Of a stretch of DNA of 64,000 nt, positions 37,181 through 51,039 are shown piece after piece (position 1 is the stretch's first letter; each line of letters opens with the position of its first letter). The notes beneath the pieces were generated by a model. That model worked only from the letters and a program-made list of their open reading frames with translations. It was not told the origin of the DNA and did not search any database. The position numbers were made by a program, and so were the translations under genes. This DNA is from Ramazzottius varieornatus (lineage: Eukaryota; Animalia; Tardigrada). The stretch is taken from NCBI GenBank assembly GCA_001949185.1, contig BDGG01000014.1, positions 1,209,378 through 1,273,377 on the forward strand, written 5' to 3'.

Positions 37181-37877
37181 TATCCCCACCACAGTCGACG
37201 TCCTTAATGTTTGGCTGCTCGGTAAACGTCTCCACAGCGTCTGCAGGTTTAATATCCCAGCGATAAAACTTAATCTCTGGCAGAGAGAACGTGGGTCCAA
37301 TTTTTCCAAGTGGAAACGCAAATGGCGCCGTGATGTTTTAGACAGGGAAAATCAGATAGAAGATAACATCACAGACGTGGAAATACGTACGTACATGACG
37401 CACTGACCAGTGCTTCCCTCGGGCTTCGGCCATAAAATTCTCAAAGTTTAGCATGGACTTTTGTAGCGGGGACAGAGTCTCTTTGAACAGACGACCCATT
37501 CAGCATTTTTCAGGCCAGCCTTTGCCAGTCAGGTCGAAGGTTTTTCCCATTCGACTATCGATGTTGCTACTCAAAATCCCGCTACACGGTCTCGTAGACC
37601 GTTCCGCTCATTGGAGTCTGCCCTCGGTTTTACTCGACGACGACGACGACCATCATTCAGATTGTTAGATTGCTCACAGCTCGTCGTAGCTATCATTCAA
37701 TTCAACAAAGGGTCAAATTTATCACAGAAAATGTTTGCACAACAAACAAGCTCTTCCCCCACAATGCTGACGTCATCCTGCAAGAATTGCAACTAATTGG
37801 CATAATAACAAATTAGGCACACGGGCAAATGGTCATTCTTTCTGCATGTCGGGGCACAGATGAGGCCATCAGCTATC

Positions 37878-40868
37878 TCACCCTATCAAAAGATGATCTG
37901 CAAAAAGCACCAGACTGTCATTGATGGACTCAGCGAAGGGGGGAGTGTACAGAAGAGCAGTGAAAGACCAACCTGCATCGGGTAGATGGAGAGCTTCGTC
38001 GTCCGCCACTTCCACGACGTGTTGCCGACCCCCGAAGACGTAGTGGACTCTCAGCTGCTTCTCTTCTCCCAGACACGGATCGAAAAAGCCCAACAACTCA
38101 CACTGCCAACCAGACGGTCAGACTTGCTTATGCAGGAAGAAGGACTAGAAAGTGTCGCCCTTTGGCCTACCTTTGAAGAAGAGCTAAGGTCCAGAGTATG
38201 GCTGCGTATCAGGCACTGCAGCGCCACTTGCACTTCTATCCTCCTACAGCCAAATTCCCACTGAAATTATGTGGCGCGACCAGAGGACAAAAGAGCCCTA
38301 TACTGATAACAAACACACAGATACATTAGGAAGGAACATACGAGCTTTCGTTTTCCGAGTGGAGGCTTCCGTATAGAGCTTTGTCGATGACCAGTCCGCC
38401 GGAAAGACCTTCGCTGTTAATCAGCTCTTCGTACTTCTCCGTCATCAACCGCAACTGTAGCAATCGGTCATTTTGTCAACCTATTTTACACATTGATATA
38501 ATAGTGACGAACGGAAACGTCCTTACAAAGTCTTCGTACTCTCTCCGCCGGACATCCAAGCCGGCATTGTAAACGTGCCTCCTCGACTGCAACCTCCTAA
38601 AAAGCAGCAAGCTAATCGATGCAAACAATACTGAAAAAAACTTCCTTATTTTTTTAGTTTCTAATGTGCAGTACTGTCATGTTTAAGTATGACTATCACT
38701 ATGCCTTCACTCATAATGCCAAATAGACTGTGATGTTTGTTAAAGATTGGATAGTCTTGTACGCACTGGAGGACGTAAGATTTCCACTTGGGTATAAGGT
38801 ACAGCGACTTGAAGCAGGCGTAGAGGACGAGCGGCGCGATGGTACCGTAAAAGATGGGAGCGGGGACGATGTCGTGCGACAACAGAATGGGGAAGGAAAA
38901 GGCCTGTTTTGATCGCTGGAAACTACAAAGCAACAACAGAAGCCATCTATCAAATGTAATCTTTCCCCTTTCAGCACGCAAAGCCTTTACGCAAGAGTAT
39001 TGCCAAGAATGGCAAAGACCTTGAGGCAGATCCCTTACTTACGTCAACTTCAGGGAAACACCACCCGGAAGTGCAAGGGCCATGCTGGCCGCCAGCTGGT
39101 TGTAGCGACTGACGCGCTGCGATAGGCCGTACTCTAAGGATGCTCCACGAAATCCCAACCTGCACCCAAGGATCGGAGCAGATTATCCGTCATACACATA
39201 CTTTTTCTCTACGCCTTATAATACTTCAAAAGAAGCACGAGGGAGAAGGACTTACTTGACACCAACGGTTAGTTTGGGTTCGTGAGAGACATTGGTCAAC
39301 TTATGCGAGTACGACAGACCCATTACCACATCATCATGACTTACCTAAAGAGCAAACACTCCTCGAGTTTCTGCTGGAAGATGGACAAGCAGTACTTACG
39401 TCGGTTGAGCCCGAAAGTCGCGAGTTCTTAAACTCCTTATCGAGGCGTGTTGAGACGTAGACCAGTCGACTGCTGCCTCGCATTGTTATCCGGGCGTTTC
39501 CCAACCTTCCCAGTGAAGAGCCATAAGCTGAGAAAAAACAGTGCTGGAAATGACTGCATAGGGATATGTAATGAGACTGAGGTTGGACTTACACAGTTCA
39601 AAGAGGGGCATGAGAGCGAACCTGGACCAAGCCGTGAAGGCACTGAGGCTGATGGAGCGCTTGTCCGCCAGCCGCTTGGCTATGCGGAAGTGAGCAATGG
39701 GTCCTTGGCTGGGTCCAACCATCACTTTGGCATCAGCCGTCGTGTCTTCAGCCAACGTCTTGCTAATGTCCATGCCCAGCGTTCCTCCACCGGTGCCACG
39801 TTCGTAGTTGACGTTGGAGAAGATGTGCAGATGATCCACTTGCGGCCACTGCGCCTCAATCGACTGCGACGTGTTCATCGTTGTTATCTCAACGTGCGGC
39901 AAACTCCTAGGGAGAGGAAACCAAAGTTACAACATGCACAACCATCTCCAGCTGAAACTTTGTGCCAGTACTCGTACCGCAAAAGGCCGTAGTCGGCACT
40001 GCCTCGGTCGCCGCTTTCAAAGACATCGGTCATGTCGATGCCCATCGTCACTTCGTTGTGAGCATTGGTCGACGCATCTTCCTTCCTTTTCTCCCGCTCT
40101 TCCTGTAGCTCTTTTAGCGTCTTGGCTTTCTTCGGATCCACTGGAGTAATCTACAAAAATTTCTCAAGGGCATGAATGACAAACGAAGCAACTTTAACCG
40201 CAGTGACGTCACCGGAAATGCGCCCCTTGACCGGGGCAGAAACTCAAAAGTCACGAAGCCGAGGGCTTGATGTTTACCTGCCAGAGTTCCCTGCTGGCGC
40301 TACCCGTCAGACCAGCCGTATCATACAGCGATCTCTTATACGGATCATGGAGCACTAAAGTACAACGGAACTGTCAAACGGAAAATAAAAAGATGCCAGT
40401 CGAGCTGGGGGGAAGCTACCTTCGTACGCAACGTTGACGCGATTGAAAGCATCTTCAGCTAACTTCTTCTTCCACGTTTCCATATGCTTGTCTGGATGCA
40501 GCAGACGACTTAGTCTCCGGTAAACATTCCTAATCTCCTCTTGTGACGCCTGAAAGGTAGACGTGGTTAGCAGGCGAGCTAATCCCCGATCATCTGGCGC
40601 ACATCGCAACGGTACAACAGCGGAACATGCGCCACCTGTAAAGTAGCTCGATTTACAGTGAAGGTACGGCTATTCGACGTACATCGCGGCTGAGGTTGAG
40701 TCTGGAGTAATAGTCATCCTGGAAGAAGGTCTGGAAATCATCGTCGTCCAAGAAGAGGACGTTATCGTCCAGATTCAGCTCATCTGCGATGCTGTCCTTG
40801 CGGTCGCGAAGGGTATTGCTGGAGCGGCTGTCGCCTCTCTGAGCGCGACTCGACGACGCCGAATTCAT
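37878..40868 (-). CDS. DNAJC11: DnaJ homolog subfamily C member 11, multi-exon
   Basis: J domain DYYSRLNL...YRRLSRLLHPDKH. Also FSFPILLS, and the C-terminal DUF3395-like GFFDPCLGEEKQLRVHYVF...DDEALHLP. Confidence 0.88.
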
Positions 40869-41140
40869 CCGAACTGTGGCTCGCAACTATGTCCTGCTGG
40901 CAGACAGACGGATCGGTCTTGAACGATTAAAGTGGTAAATACGACAAAAGATCGTGTAATAACTAATAAACAATATGCTGATGAAGATAACAAATTTCTT
41001 TCAGTAGACACCGTTCGATCGTTATATTTTTCCACGAATGGATGACGTCAGATGCAGCTGAATTCCCTTAACGTCACCACATAAGCGAAAGTCCGGTTCG
41101 CCTTGAATATGACGGATCGCGGAAATCTGTCATTTAAGTT

Positions 41141-41248
41141 ACGCGGTGTCAGGATCAGGCTCAGGAAGTCCATTCATATATTCGTTGATGTCATACCAAT
41201 GTTGCCGTTTTTTGAATGGATTTCCTGATCCGGATCCTCACACCCCGT
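41141..41248. repeat. About 108-bp hairpin/MITE between the DNAJB6-like 3' end and the DNAJC11 promoter
   Basis: ggtgtcaggatcaggctcaggaagtccattca pairs with tgaatggatttcctgatccggatcctcacacc (4 mismatches in 32). Confidence 0.65.
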
Positions 41249-41670
41249 CGCTGACAAGTTTTCGCAATCTCACAACGGAAATCTTCCCAGATTCTTTCTC
41301 CCTCAGAATCGTTCGAGAAGTAATTCGTGCTGAGTCCCAAGTGACCTAGCTCAGAATGGATCTAACGAATCGAAGCTTGGTGTACAAAAGTCTTGATGCC
41401 ATGAAATGCAGCCATGGAATTTGCCTACAATAACTTATAACGAAGGAATACCGTCATTGTTCACCACCACAGGGAAAAGCTATTTCCACAAGGTGGAAGC
41501 TACTCCATTTTTGAGAATCAATCAGATGCATTTATTCTGGCGAACCATGCGGTTAATAGATGACAGGAGTTACACAATGTACAGACCGCAACATTAACCA
41601 GCATAGAGCAGAATCAGAAAATGTCGCGGGGAGACCCGCTGGTACTGATCGAGCAGAAAAATGAAGCAGT

Positions 41671-44600
41671 TCAGCGTCTCATGTTTCCCCTTCCCCGTAA
41701 CCCTGAACATACACAAAACTCCCCGGCGCAGTCTTGCATTAAGTCAGAAAACGTAACGGAAAGAATAAGAATAAAACCCGAGCAACTCAACAGTACACAA
41801 AACGAGTATTGGCCATCGGTTCCCAATGCAGAGTCCGCCCTTGCCTTCAGAACCTTCTCTTCTTCTTCAGCTTCTCTGCGTTTGTTCGCCCATAAACCAC
41901 GATCGCTTTGTACCTGCAACAAGAAGCGTATTTCACTCGTCCACTGGAGCCCTTTTGCTTGTATTCCAAAAATGGCACGCACAGCAAAAGAGATCTTTCA
42001 CGAACCTGCATACCAAGAACCGTTCGTCTAATACGAACCGGAAGTATGCACGTTAAAGAAAACGGGAATATGTGAGATTACTAGTGTACCTTGGTCTCCG
42101 CGGGACTTGCTAGTGGGTATGTGGACCGTGGGTGCTTTGGTGAAGGCCGAGTGGGACTGGGAGGGGGCCATGTTGGGTGTTCGGTGGGTGTAGTGCTGGT
42201 GGGCCGGCTGAGGCTTGGGTAAGGGTGACGCAGTCGAATGGTGGGCAGAAGTGCGCGAATCAGACTTTAACGACTTGTGTGGTGGCTGACTTGTCACATT
42301 GTCACTCGAACTGCACAACCGGAAAGAAGAAAAGGTAAACATCTTTTTGGTCTGGTAAACAAACAGATAACGAAGGGACTACTCTTACAGCGTTGGCAAG
42401 GCTTGTTGGACACCGTTGACACTTTTGGACTTGAGCTGGCCATTCTCGTAGACGTGAACTGTCTCCACTCCATTTTCAAGGACCCTGTAACAAAAAAGAA
42501 AAAACATCCTCTGTCAGGCTTTGTCTTGAGGGTGCGCGACGGAGAGCCTAATCAGGAAATGAGCCGATTAACCTCTCAAGCGTATAACTCTTCCGTCTGG
42601 CCATACGCACAGACGAGACGAGACACAGATGATCGTCTGATCAAAAGAATCGATCAAGAAAAACCACGTGTAACAAACAAAAGTTCTAGCAGCGAGATAT
42701 TTCGCAAAGACTGCTGTACGGAAGCATATTAAGTTTCTCGCCATCTTAATTTGGGCGCTTCGTGATTCATCGGTCAAGCAAATCTGGTAGAATATATTTA
42801 CCATCTAAAAATAATGGCGCGCAGTAAAAATAATAGTGTTATGAAGAGCACAAGTCAAACAGGGAGAGATCAACGTACTTTTTGGTGTTGATCTTTTTGC
42901 CGTTGACGACTTTGGTGGTAGTTGTGATGCGCCGGATGGCCGATGGGGCGTCGGAAAAGCTTTGAAAGTTGGTGGTGGACGATGTGAAGGCCGAAAAGGC
43001 ATCATCACCCGCTCCACCCAACAACGACATGGCCGGAAACGAGCCAAAGGGACTCATTCCTAAACCGAAACCAAAGGCCGGCGAAGGGAAACCAAAGAAT
43101 GCACTCTGGTATCGATCAGTCCGCAAATCTGCAACACACGCTACGTTAGATTCATCCAATGTAGTCGAGAAGAGTGAATTAAAGCTGTGGAGATATTTCA
43201 GCTTCCGAGTTAAACTGGGCTTTTTTCTGCGACAGCTTTCAACAGTGCCGTGCTGAGCACGAAGTTGTACGAGGTTACTTACTGATAGAAATTTCGTGGG
43301 GAAAAGGGCAGAAATTTCAGAAACTGCGCAGCTTTGGATTGTGAAAGTGTTACCTGAGAAAGGGTCGCCGCCGAAAAACTCGCGAAATAGGTCAAAAGGA
43401 TCGCGGAAGACGAAGCCACGTCCTCCAAACATCTCGGCGAAGGGATCGTTGAAACCGCCAGCGGCGTGGAAATGTCGCGAAGAGGCATGACGCGGTCCGG
43501 CTGCCCCTCCATTTTGCTGGGCTGACTTCAGCCCTTCGTGGCCGTACTTGTCATATATCGATCGCTTCTTCACTGTAAAAAGAACAAACATTGAGACAAG
43601 AAAGTTATACGGCTATTTTGATATGCTGGTGTTTAGATAACAGCTTTGAGGACCTCAAGATTACGTCAACACAAACTTTTCCTACTCCTCACCTTCGCCG
43701 CAAGAATTCACGTGAGCTGTCTCAACGAGAGTCTCAACTAATTCATGACTGTGAATTCTATTGAGACAACGCCTCTTTGTATTTGCATATTAGCAAGTCG
43801 TTACATAAGTTAGGGTTTGACTGATGTAGGAGTGAAACGATGGGAGGGTTGATAGTTTGTGGGGAAGGAGACATAACTTCCGGAGAGGCGAACTTGAAAC
43901 TGGTATGTACGCACGGAAGGGAGTAAAAAGTGAGTTTCAGATTACAGAAGCAAGACACAAGCCTGGATTACAGTTCCACTATAACTTCCGGGCGATTAGA
44001 TGTCAGCTGTCTCAAGGTCCCTAAGGCCCGTCATGGGTGGCGACTTGACATACCATCGGAGAGGACTTCGTAGGCTTGGGAGATGAGCTTGAATTTGCCT
44101 TCGGCGTGGTCCTTTTGTTCGGGGTTCTTGTCGGGATGCCAGCGGAGGGCCAGTCGGCGGTATCTGCAAGGCAAAAGAGGGCCAAGTCAAACAAGGCACA
44201 TTGTCATAAAGAGAGCAGTTATTACGTCGCCGCTCGAGCATTTGCACAGCTCGATATATCATTATTGACAAAGCATTTCTCCTCGTGCCACTGCATTGCG
44301 TGTTGGTCTGCGAGATATCCATCTGACACGTCAAACGCAGCGCTCGCAACTATAGCCACTTTTCCCACTTTCTTCGGCCAGACCAGACGCAGAAACAAAC
44401 CTTAAGCAACCATCATGTAATCATCATCACGCACATCGCTCTTCAACATATCGCTCACTTCACATGTGGCTAAGCATCTCAACTTATCACCACTGCAGCC
44501 ATTGTCTCGCAACAGGGTCCCGTGTCGTGTACAGAAGGTCCACAAAACTCTCTTCCTCTGGCGCCTCTGGAAACTTGTGCCTTTCGAGCGGAAATTCCGC

Positions 44601-44720
44601 ATATTCGTCCGAATCAACCAAATCAACCATTACTTACATCTTGAACAAGACTTACGCTTTCTTGATTTCGGCATCGGTGGCCGCTTTCGTAATTTCCAGA
44701 ACGGCATAAAAATCGTGCAT
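41671..44720 (-). CDS. DNAJB6: DnaJ homolog subfamily B member 6-like (MRJ); short isoform ends at 42385, putative long isoform at 41671
   Basis: [10 protein letters not shown]...[14 protein letters not shown]...[18 protein letters not shown] region [16 protein letters not shown] region, and [34 protein letters not shown]. Confidence 0.88.
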
Positions 44721-46394
44721 CTTGAAGAAGACTACTCCAGCACGTTTGGTGCTTTAGTTGGGCAGAAAGTGCTGTAGTTAGCGTATGGTGGCGGAGAATA
44801 CCAAGTGTCAGCCACTCCAGAAGAACGTCAATAACAGCGGTTCGTCTTGTACGTCAAGTCGTGTAGCAGCAGCTCCAACTAAATTCTCTTACTACACTGT
44901 GTGGCGCATTGGCAGCAGTCCAGATATGTCCAAGAAGGGTTCCTGCAACTACAAAGAGGCCAGAGTCAACAGCAGAAATGGCCGCACGCAACCAGGCAAC
45001 CTTGACGAGGGTATCGAAAGACCAAAGGTTGATACTGCACGTAGGTGCGACACAATTTCTCGCACTTTCACCGCGAACAAATCCATAAACGTGACTAATA
45101 CAAAAAAGGGGCGGAGCGATGAGTGTGCGCTCAGCCTTACGCCAGCATTGTGCATTTTGGAAAGGTAGAGCTGGTTCCGTGACGTCATAGATGCAGGTGC
45201 ACCAACTCGCCGCCCCGACCAATCAGACCAGAGGGGAATTAAAACTTGTATTTCAGCCCAAATGGCCTACAATAAAAAGGTGGACCATGTTTGCCAGGCA
45301 AACAAGGCAAAAGGGGTGATTCAGATGACATCAATAAATGAAGATTATTACACATGAACAGATGTCTGGCTGCGGTACAGTACATGTGAATGCTCGTTGA
45401 ATCCGCACAGCTAGATTCCCCAATCAATAACCGCCCCGACATTACCATCATCGTAAAGTCCGAGTCATCCATTCGACCCCGACCCCATTCCTTACCTTGT
45501 GCGCGTCCCGATTTTCATTCAGCCATCCTGGATAGTCCTGTTCAGTTGACTACAAAGGGAAACTACGCTCAGAATGCAGCATCAGCATGGGCGCATAATC
45601 ATTTTTACAAATGAAGAATAATTACATCAGAAGCTCGTTGCCTAAACAAGTGCAAGACACCCGAAGACGTTTGTGACAGTCGATCGTGGACGTCGCGTCT
45701 CTGACTTTTCTTTCACTGACAAACAATTTTCATACGCGCCAAACGAAAGCCACATAAGCACAACCATCCATTCAAAACCAGCAGTGAGGACAGCCCACAT
45801 AGCTGACGCTGGCGGATGTGTGCCCCGTCGATTTTGCGAGAGTGGGCGTTTGCACTGACGTCAACGCAGATGAAAGCTCTGGTAATCCGACCACGAGGTT
45901 CGCCACTTTGTTTTATTCGAATAATAGCCATGTGACTCCAAACCGGCAACCGCGAACTTCGCCCACCCAAGGAGTGGAGAAGAGCTCGCAAGATGGCGCT
46001 TGGCAGGTACCTCTCAAAATGATACTACACAAATTCCGGCATTGTCTGACCATTCGCTCCTGCGGGATAGGCAAGAATTCGTCGACTCGGGTCTGGTTTT
46101 CGGAGCAGAGAGCGAACCTTCAAGGAGAGCAGGGTGACATCAGCGACCCACTTGAATCCACTGTCACGCCGCCTGGTGAGGATCGTCGTCCATTTGATTG
46201 ATAGTGTGTCCACATCAGCCATAAGACTTCCGGGATCATATAATTCATATTCCGACGTTTGCAAATTTTACTTTCCGCACTCCGTAGCTCCAAATCTCGC
46301 GGTTGCTTCTACACTTCCACGTTGTTCTCGACTTTTGGACGAGGAGCACTCCGACTGCAACTGGACAACACGTTCGGACGTGTTTGTGTGGAAG

Positions 46395-47639
<1,245 letters not shown>

Positions 47640-48072
47640 ATGCAGAATGCGTCTGTAAAGTCGTCTTTTAGAGTTACTTATGATTATTTCTGGAACGAGG
47701 GCCTTCGAATGAACTTCCTGGATGTCTTGCCTGGTTTGGACACTGCGTTCCGGTCAGGAGCTTTTCGATAAAAAGTGATACTACAAAGTACTTCCTTGCT
47801 CCTTTGGCCTTTTTTTGTATCGACTGCTAAGTTCACATTGCCTGTGCATATTAGAGTCTTCTTCTTATTCCCTAAAAGCTCAATTTTCTCTTATCAATTT
47901 CTGCAGAAACGTCTGTTTGTTATTTGTTCATTCCACACAGAAATTTGACCTGACTGACAGACCGCAATAAAGCAACGGAAAAATTAGAAACAAAAGGAAA
48001 TGTGTCAAAGTCGGAACAGAGTTTAGTCTTCCTTACAAGGCCTGTAACACCGAAACAGAGGCGGAAGAAGCT

Positions 48073-49038
48073 TTAAAGACGGATATCCTGGAGAAGCTGT
48101 CCGGCCTTGGAGAGGATTTCGCCCAGTTCGCACAGCTTGTGTTGAGCCTCCTGTCCGCCCTTCTGCCCGAACTGTCTCTGGCTTCGCGAAGAGCCATACG
48201 GCGAGGAGGAAGAGCCGCCCTGTCCGTACTGCGACTGTCCGCTTTGGCCATAGCCCGACTGTTGTCCACCTTGACCAAACTGGCTGCTGCCTCCTTGTCC
48301 CGAGGAACCGTACTGTGACTCTAGACCACTTTGTCCGTTTTGTCCAGATGATCCATATTGCGATGATCCGCTCGATCCAGACTGGCCCTGGCCCGAAGAA
48401 CCATACTGAGACTGTTGTCCAGATTGACCCTGGCTTCCCGAAGAGCCATACTGCGACTGACCAGATTGTCCATGTAGCTGGCCTTGTTGGCTGGAACCGG
48501 AAGCGCCGTGTTGGTTGCTACGGCTACTGTCGCTGGACGAGTCGTACTGTTGCGAACCACGGTGTCCACCAGACTGCTGGCTGGAGCCGCTGGACTGTTG
48601 ACCAGACTGACCTGACTGTTGACCGTACTGGCTCTGGCCAGACGTTCCGCTTTGTCCGTGTTGTCCAGAGGACTGACCGGAAGCACCGTGGCTCTGGCTG
48701 TGGCTTTGACCTTGGCCTTGACTGGCGGACGAATGGTCAGCGGCTCCCGCGCGTTGGCTGGAGGAGGAGGAGGAAGTCTTGTCCGAGTCTTGGCTCGGCT
48801 GTTGTCCAGAGCGTTGGCCGGATTGACCCTGGCTCTGGCCGGAAGTGTGCTGTTGTTGGCTGCTGGCGCCGCTCTGTCCGCTTTGGCCGCTCTTGTAGGT
48901 CTGAGTGTCGCCGTGCGAAGCCGACTGAGACTTCTCGCTGTCCGTCATCGACTTGCCGGACTTGTCCGAGAAAGAAGTCTTGTCCGAGTCAGGGGCCGTG
49001 CGGTGCTCGGCGCTAGCGTAGTGCTGCTGGCTGGCCAT
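48073..49038 (-). CDS. Ser/Gly/Gln-rich low-complexity, intrinsically disordered protein (321 aa), unknown function
   Basis: Uninterrupted ATG-initiated ORF with repeated SQYGSSG/SQYGQ units that vary at synonymous positions. Splice acceptor just upstream of the ATG. Short helical-looking C-terminus. Confidence 0.8.
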   Translation of the reverse strand: MASQQHYASAEHRTAPDSDKTSFSDKSGKSMTDSEKSQSASHGDTQTYKSGQSGQSGASSQQQHTSGQSQGQSGQRSGQQPSQDSDKTSSSSSSQRAGAADHSSASQGQGQSHSQSHGASGQSSGQHGQSGTSGQSQYGQQSGQSGQQSSGSSQQSGGHRGSQQYDSSSDSSRSNQHGASGSSQQGQLHGQSGQSQYGSSGSQGQSGQQSQYGSSGQGQSGSSGSSQYGSSGQNGQSGLESQYGSSGQGGSSQFGQGGQQSGYGQSGQSQYGQGGSSSSPYGSSRSQRQFGQKGGQEAQHKLCELGEILSKAGQLLQDIRL

Positions 49039-49459
49039 TACTAACTAGCTGTAGGAAGAGTGAACAAAGTTCGGAAAATGCGACTGGTTTGTCGAAGGAG
49101 AAGATTGAGACTAAGAGCGTTCTGCAACTTTCCCGTTGCCAGGATCTACTGTTGCCAAGGATAAAATCGTTGCACAGGTGCGAAGATCAGCTCATTATCC
49201 ACGAAAAACCACGTCGTTGTTACGTAGCGAAGCCAGTTCGAAAGGAGGATAAGTCTCTCGTATTACAGGATACTCTTCTGTTTTAATATTTTCTCATGGC
49301 TTCGCGCATTACGTCAGAGTACCTACAGTAATATACAAGGCATTTTTGTTTAATTTACGTAATGAAACAGCCGAAAACCGACAAGAAATGGTTACGCTGA
49401 AGGCTGATTTACAGCAGAGCATTTCAGCACACGTACCCGTGCACTGGGCTTAGAAAACA

Positions 49460-50484
49460 TCACAGGACAATAATGTCGGGCTGGGATGCGTTTTCTGCTG
49501 CCGCAACCTCCGCTGCTTTCCTCTTTCGGGCCGCGGCTTCCTTCATCCTTTCGAGCACCCTTGCTTCGTACTCTTCGTGGGTAAGGGGTACTTTGGTCGT
49601 GGTTGCCGGTGCAGGACTGCTGGGAGACGAACCTGAGGAAGGCCATACCGTGGAAGGAGCGTTCAGCCACGTCAGCTCGAACATCTTTCCGTTTTCCGCC
49701 ATGAAAGCCTTCTCCGCTCTTAGAACATTCCCGAACTCTATAATGGCACTACCGAGCTTCTTCGGCGATATAATGATGGTGACATTATCGTAACGACCGA
49801 AAACATCCCGCAAGAAAGCTTCAGTAACGCCACTATTGTAGGAATCGCCTTTGTCGACGTGCCATCTGACTTTGAAGCGAGGTGAGCTTGATTGATTGCT
49901 TGAATCGGCGGTCCCTACAAAGAGACGGAAAACAAACGATACAGAATTTGAATCTGATTGATATGTTTTGTGCAAATTTGATTACTTGATTGAGTGTCCG
50001 CTTTCCGTAATTCCTCGCGCATTCGTTCTTGCTCCACTTCCACCATTCTGCTTCCCTCTTTCCGTAGCCTTTCGATTTCTCTCTGTAGCTGGGACAGAGG
50101 GTTGAGATCCGGTGCTACTTGAGCTTTGAAAGTGGTGTTTTTCTTCGAGAAGGCAAAGTTTGTTTCGCGGGCTTCCAGCTCTTCTTTCATCTTTCGTCGT
50201 TTGGAGTCTAGATGACGATTCCGCTCTTCTGCTGCCTTCTTGGCCTTCTGGAACCGGTCATAAGCTCCACGAGCAGCCACATCACTCAGTACTTCCAAAG
50301 CTTTAGTCAGCAGGTGAAACATCTCGGCAGCTTTAGGATTGTTGGGGTTCTTGTCCGGATGAAACTTCAGGGCTTTCTTGCGATAGGCCTTTTTGATCGC
50401 CTCGGGGATCGCATCGTCCTGGATTTCCAGCAGTCCGTATAGGTCCGTATCACGCAGCGACTCAATATCCGCAGGTTTAGCCAT
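49460..50484 (-). CDS. DNAJC17: DnaJ homolog subfamily C member 17 (J domain + coiled coil + RRM-like), 2 exons
   Basis: DLYGLLEI...KKAYRKKALKFHPDKNPNNPKAAEMFH, LDSKRRKMKEELEARE, EIERLRKEGSR, FKVRW...KKLGSAIIEF, and EEYEARVLERMKEA. Confidence 0.92.
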
Positions 50485-50666
50485 CTCGTCAGAGGACAAA
50501 GATCAGTCCTCTTTCCCGACAGAATTCTGTTACCGAGAAAGAAAACTGTTGCGTTTCTCTTCCGTCGATGGTCCAAATCAATGATCCTCAGAAATCAACG
50601 CATGTGACGTAGCGTTCTCGCGCAACCAGAGAAGTCTTACTTTACGTCATGAAAGTTGCCCAATTT

Positions 50667-50674
50667 TGACGTCA
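50667..50674. promoter_or_regulatory. CRE/ATF palindrome TGACGTCA in the bidirectional DNAJC17-RB1CC1 promoter
   Basis: Perfect palindrome plus near-matches at about 50605 and 50642, within the 555-bp spacer between the divergent start codons. Confidence 0.45.
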
Positions 50675-51039
50675 TTGAAACTTCGGTGGCGTAGACGGCT
50701 CACAGGCCTGTTAACTGGATGGTACAGCAACTGCACAGCTGATCGACCTATCAGCTAGAGAGGGGGAAATGCTCACACCACATTCATGTGTTTGCCTGCC
50801 ATGGAGAGAGTACAGGAACGTGATAGCAAGCGTCAGGGTGAACGGACGCTCCTTCTGATGTGGCGTCTGGAAGGCTCCGATTACATGGAAGTGATGGACA
50901 CACACGAGATTTGTTTACATCACTATCGAAATACATTTCTTTGTTCGATAAACTAGGTCGCTCTCATCCCTGATCACGCTGCCAACCTGTGGAAGGCGAT
51001 ATCTGGACGGGGAGAGGTCGGTGAGGAGGAGGACGAAGG

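Noticed and set aside
48315-49044. Long plus-strand ORFs (233 aa, 141 aa) opposite the low-complexity gene
   Set aside because: Antisense shadows caused by the biased codon composition, with non-ATG starts.
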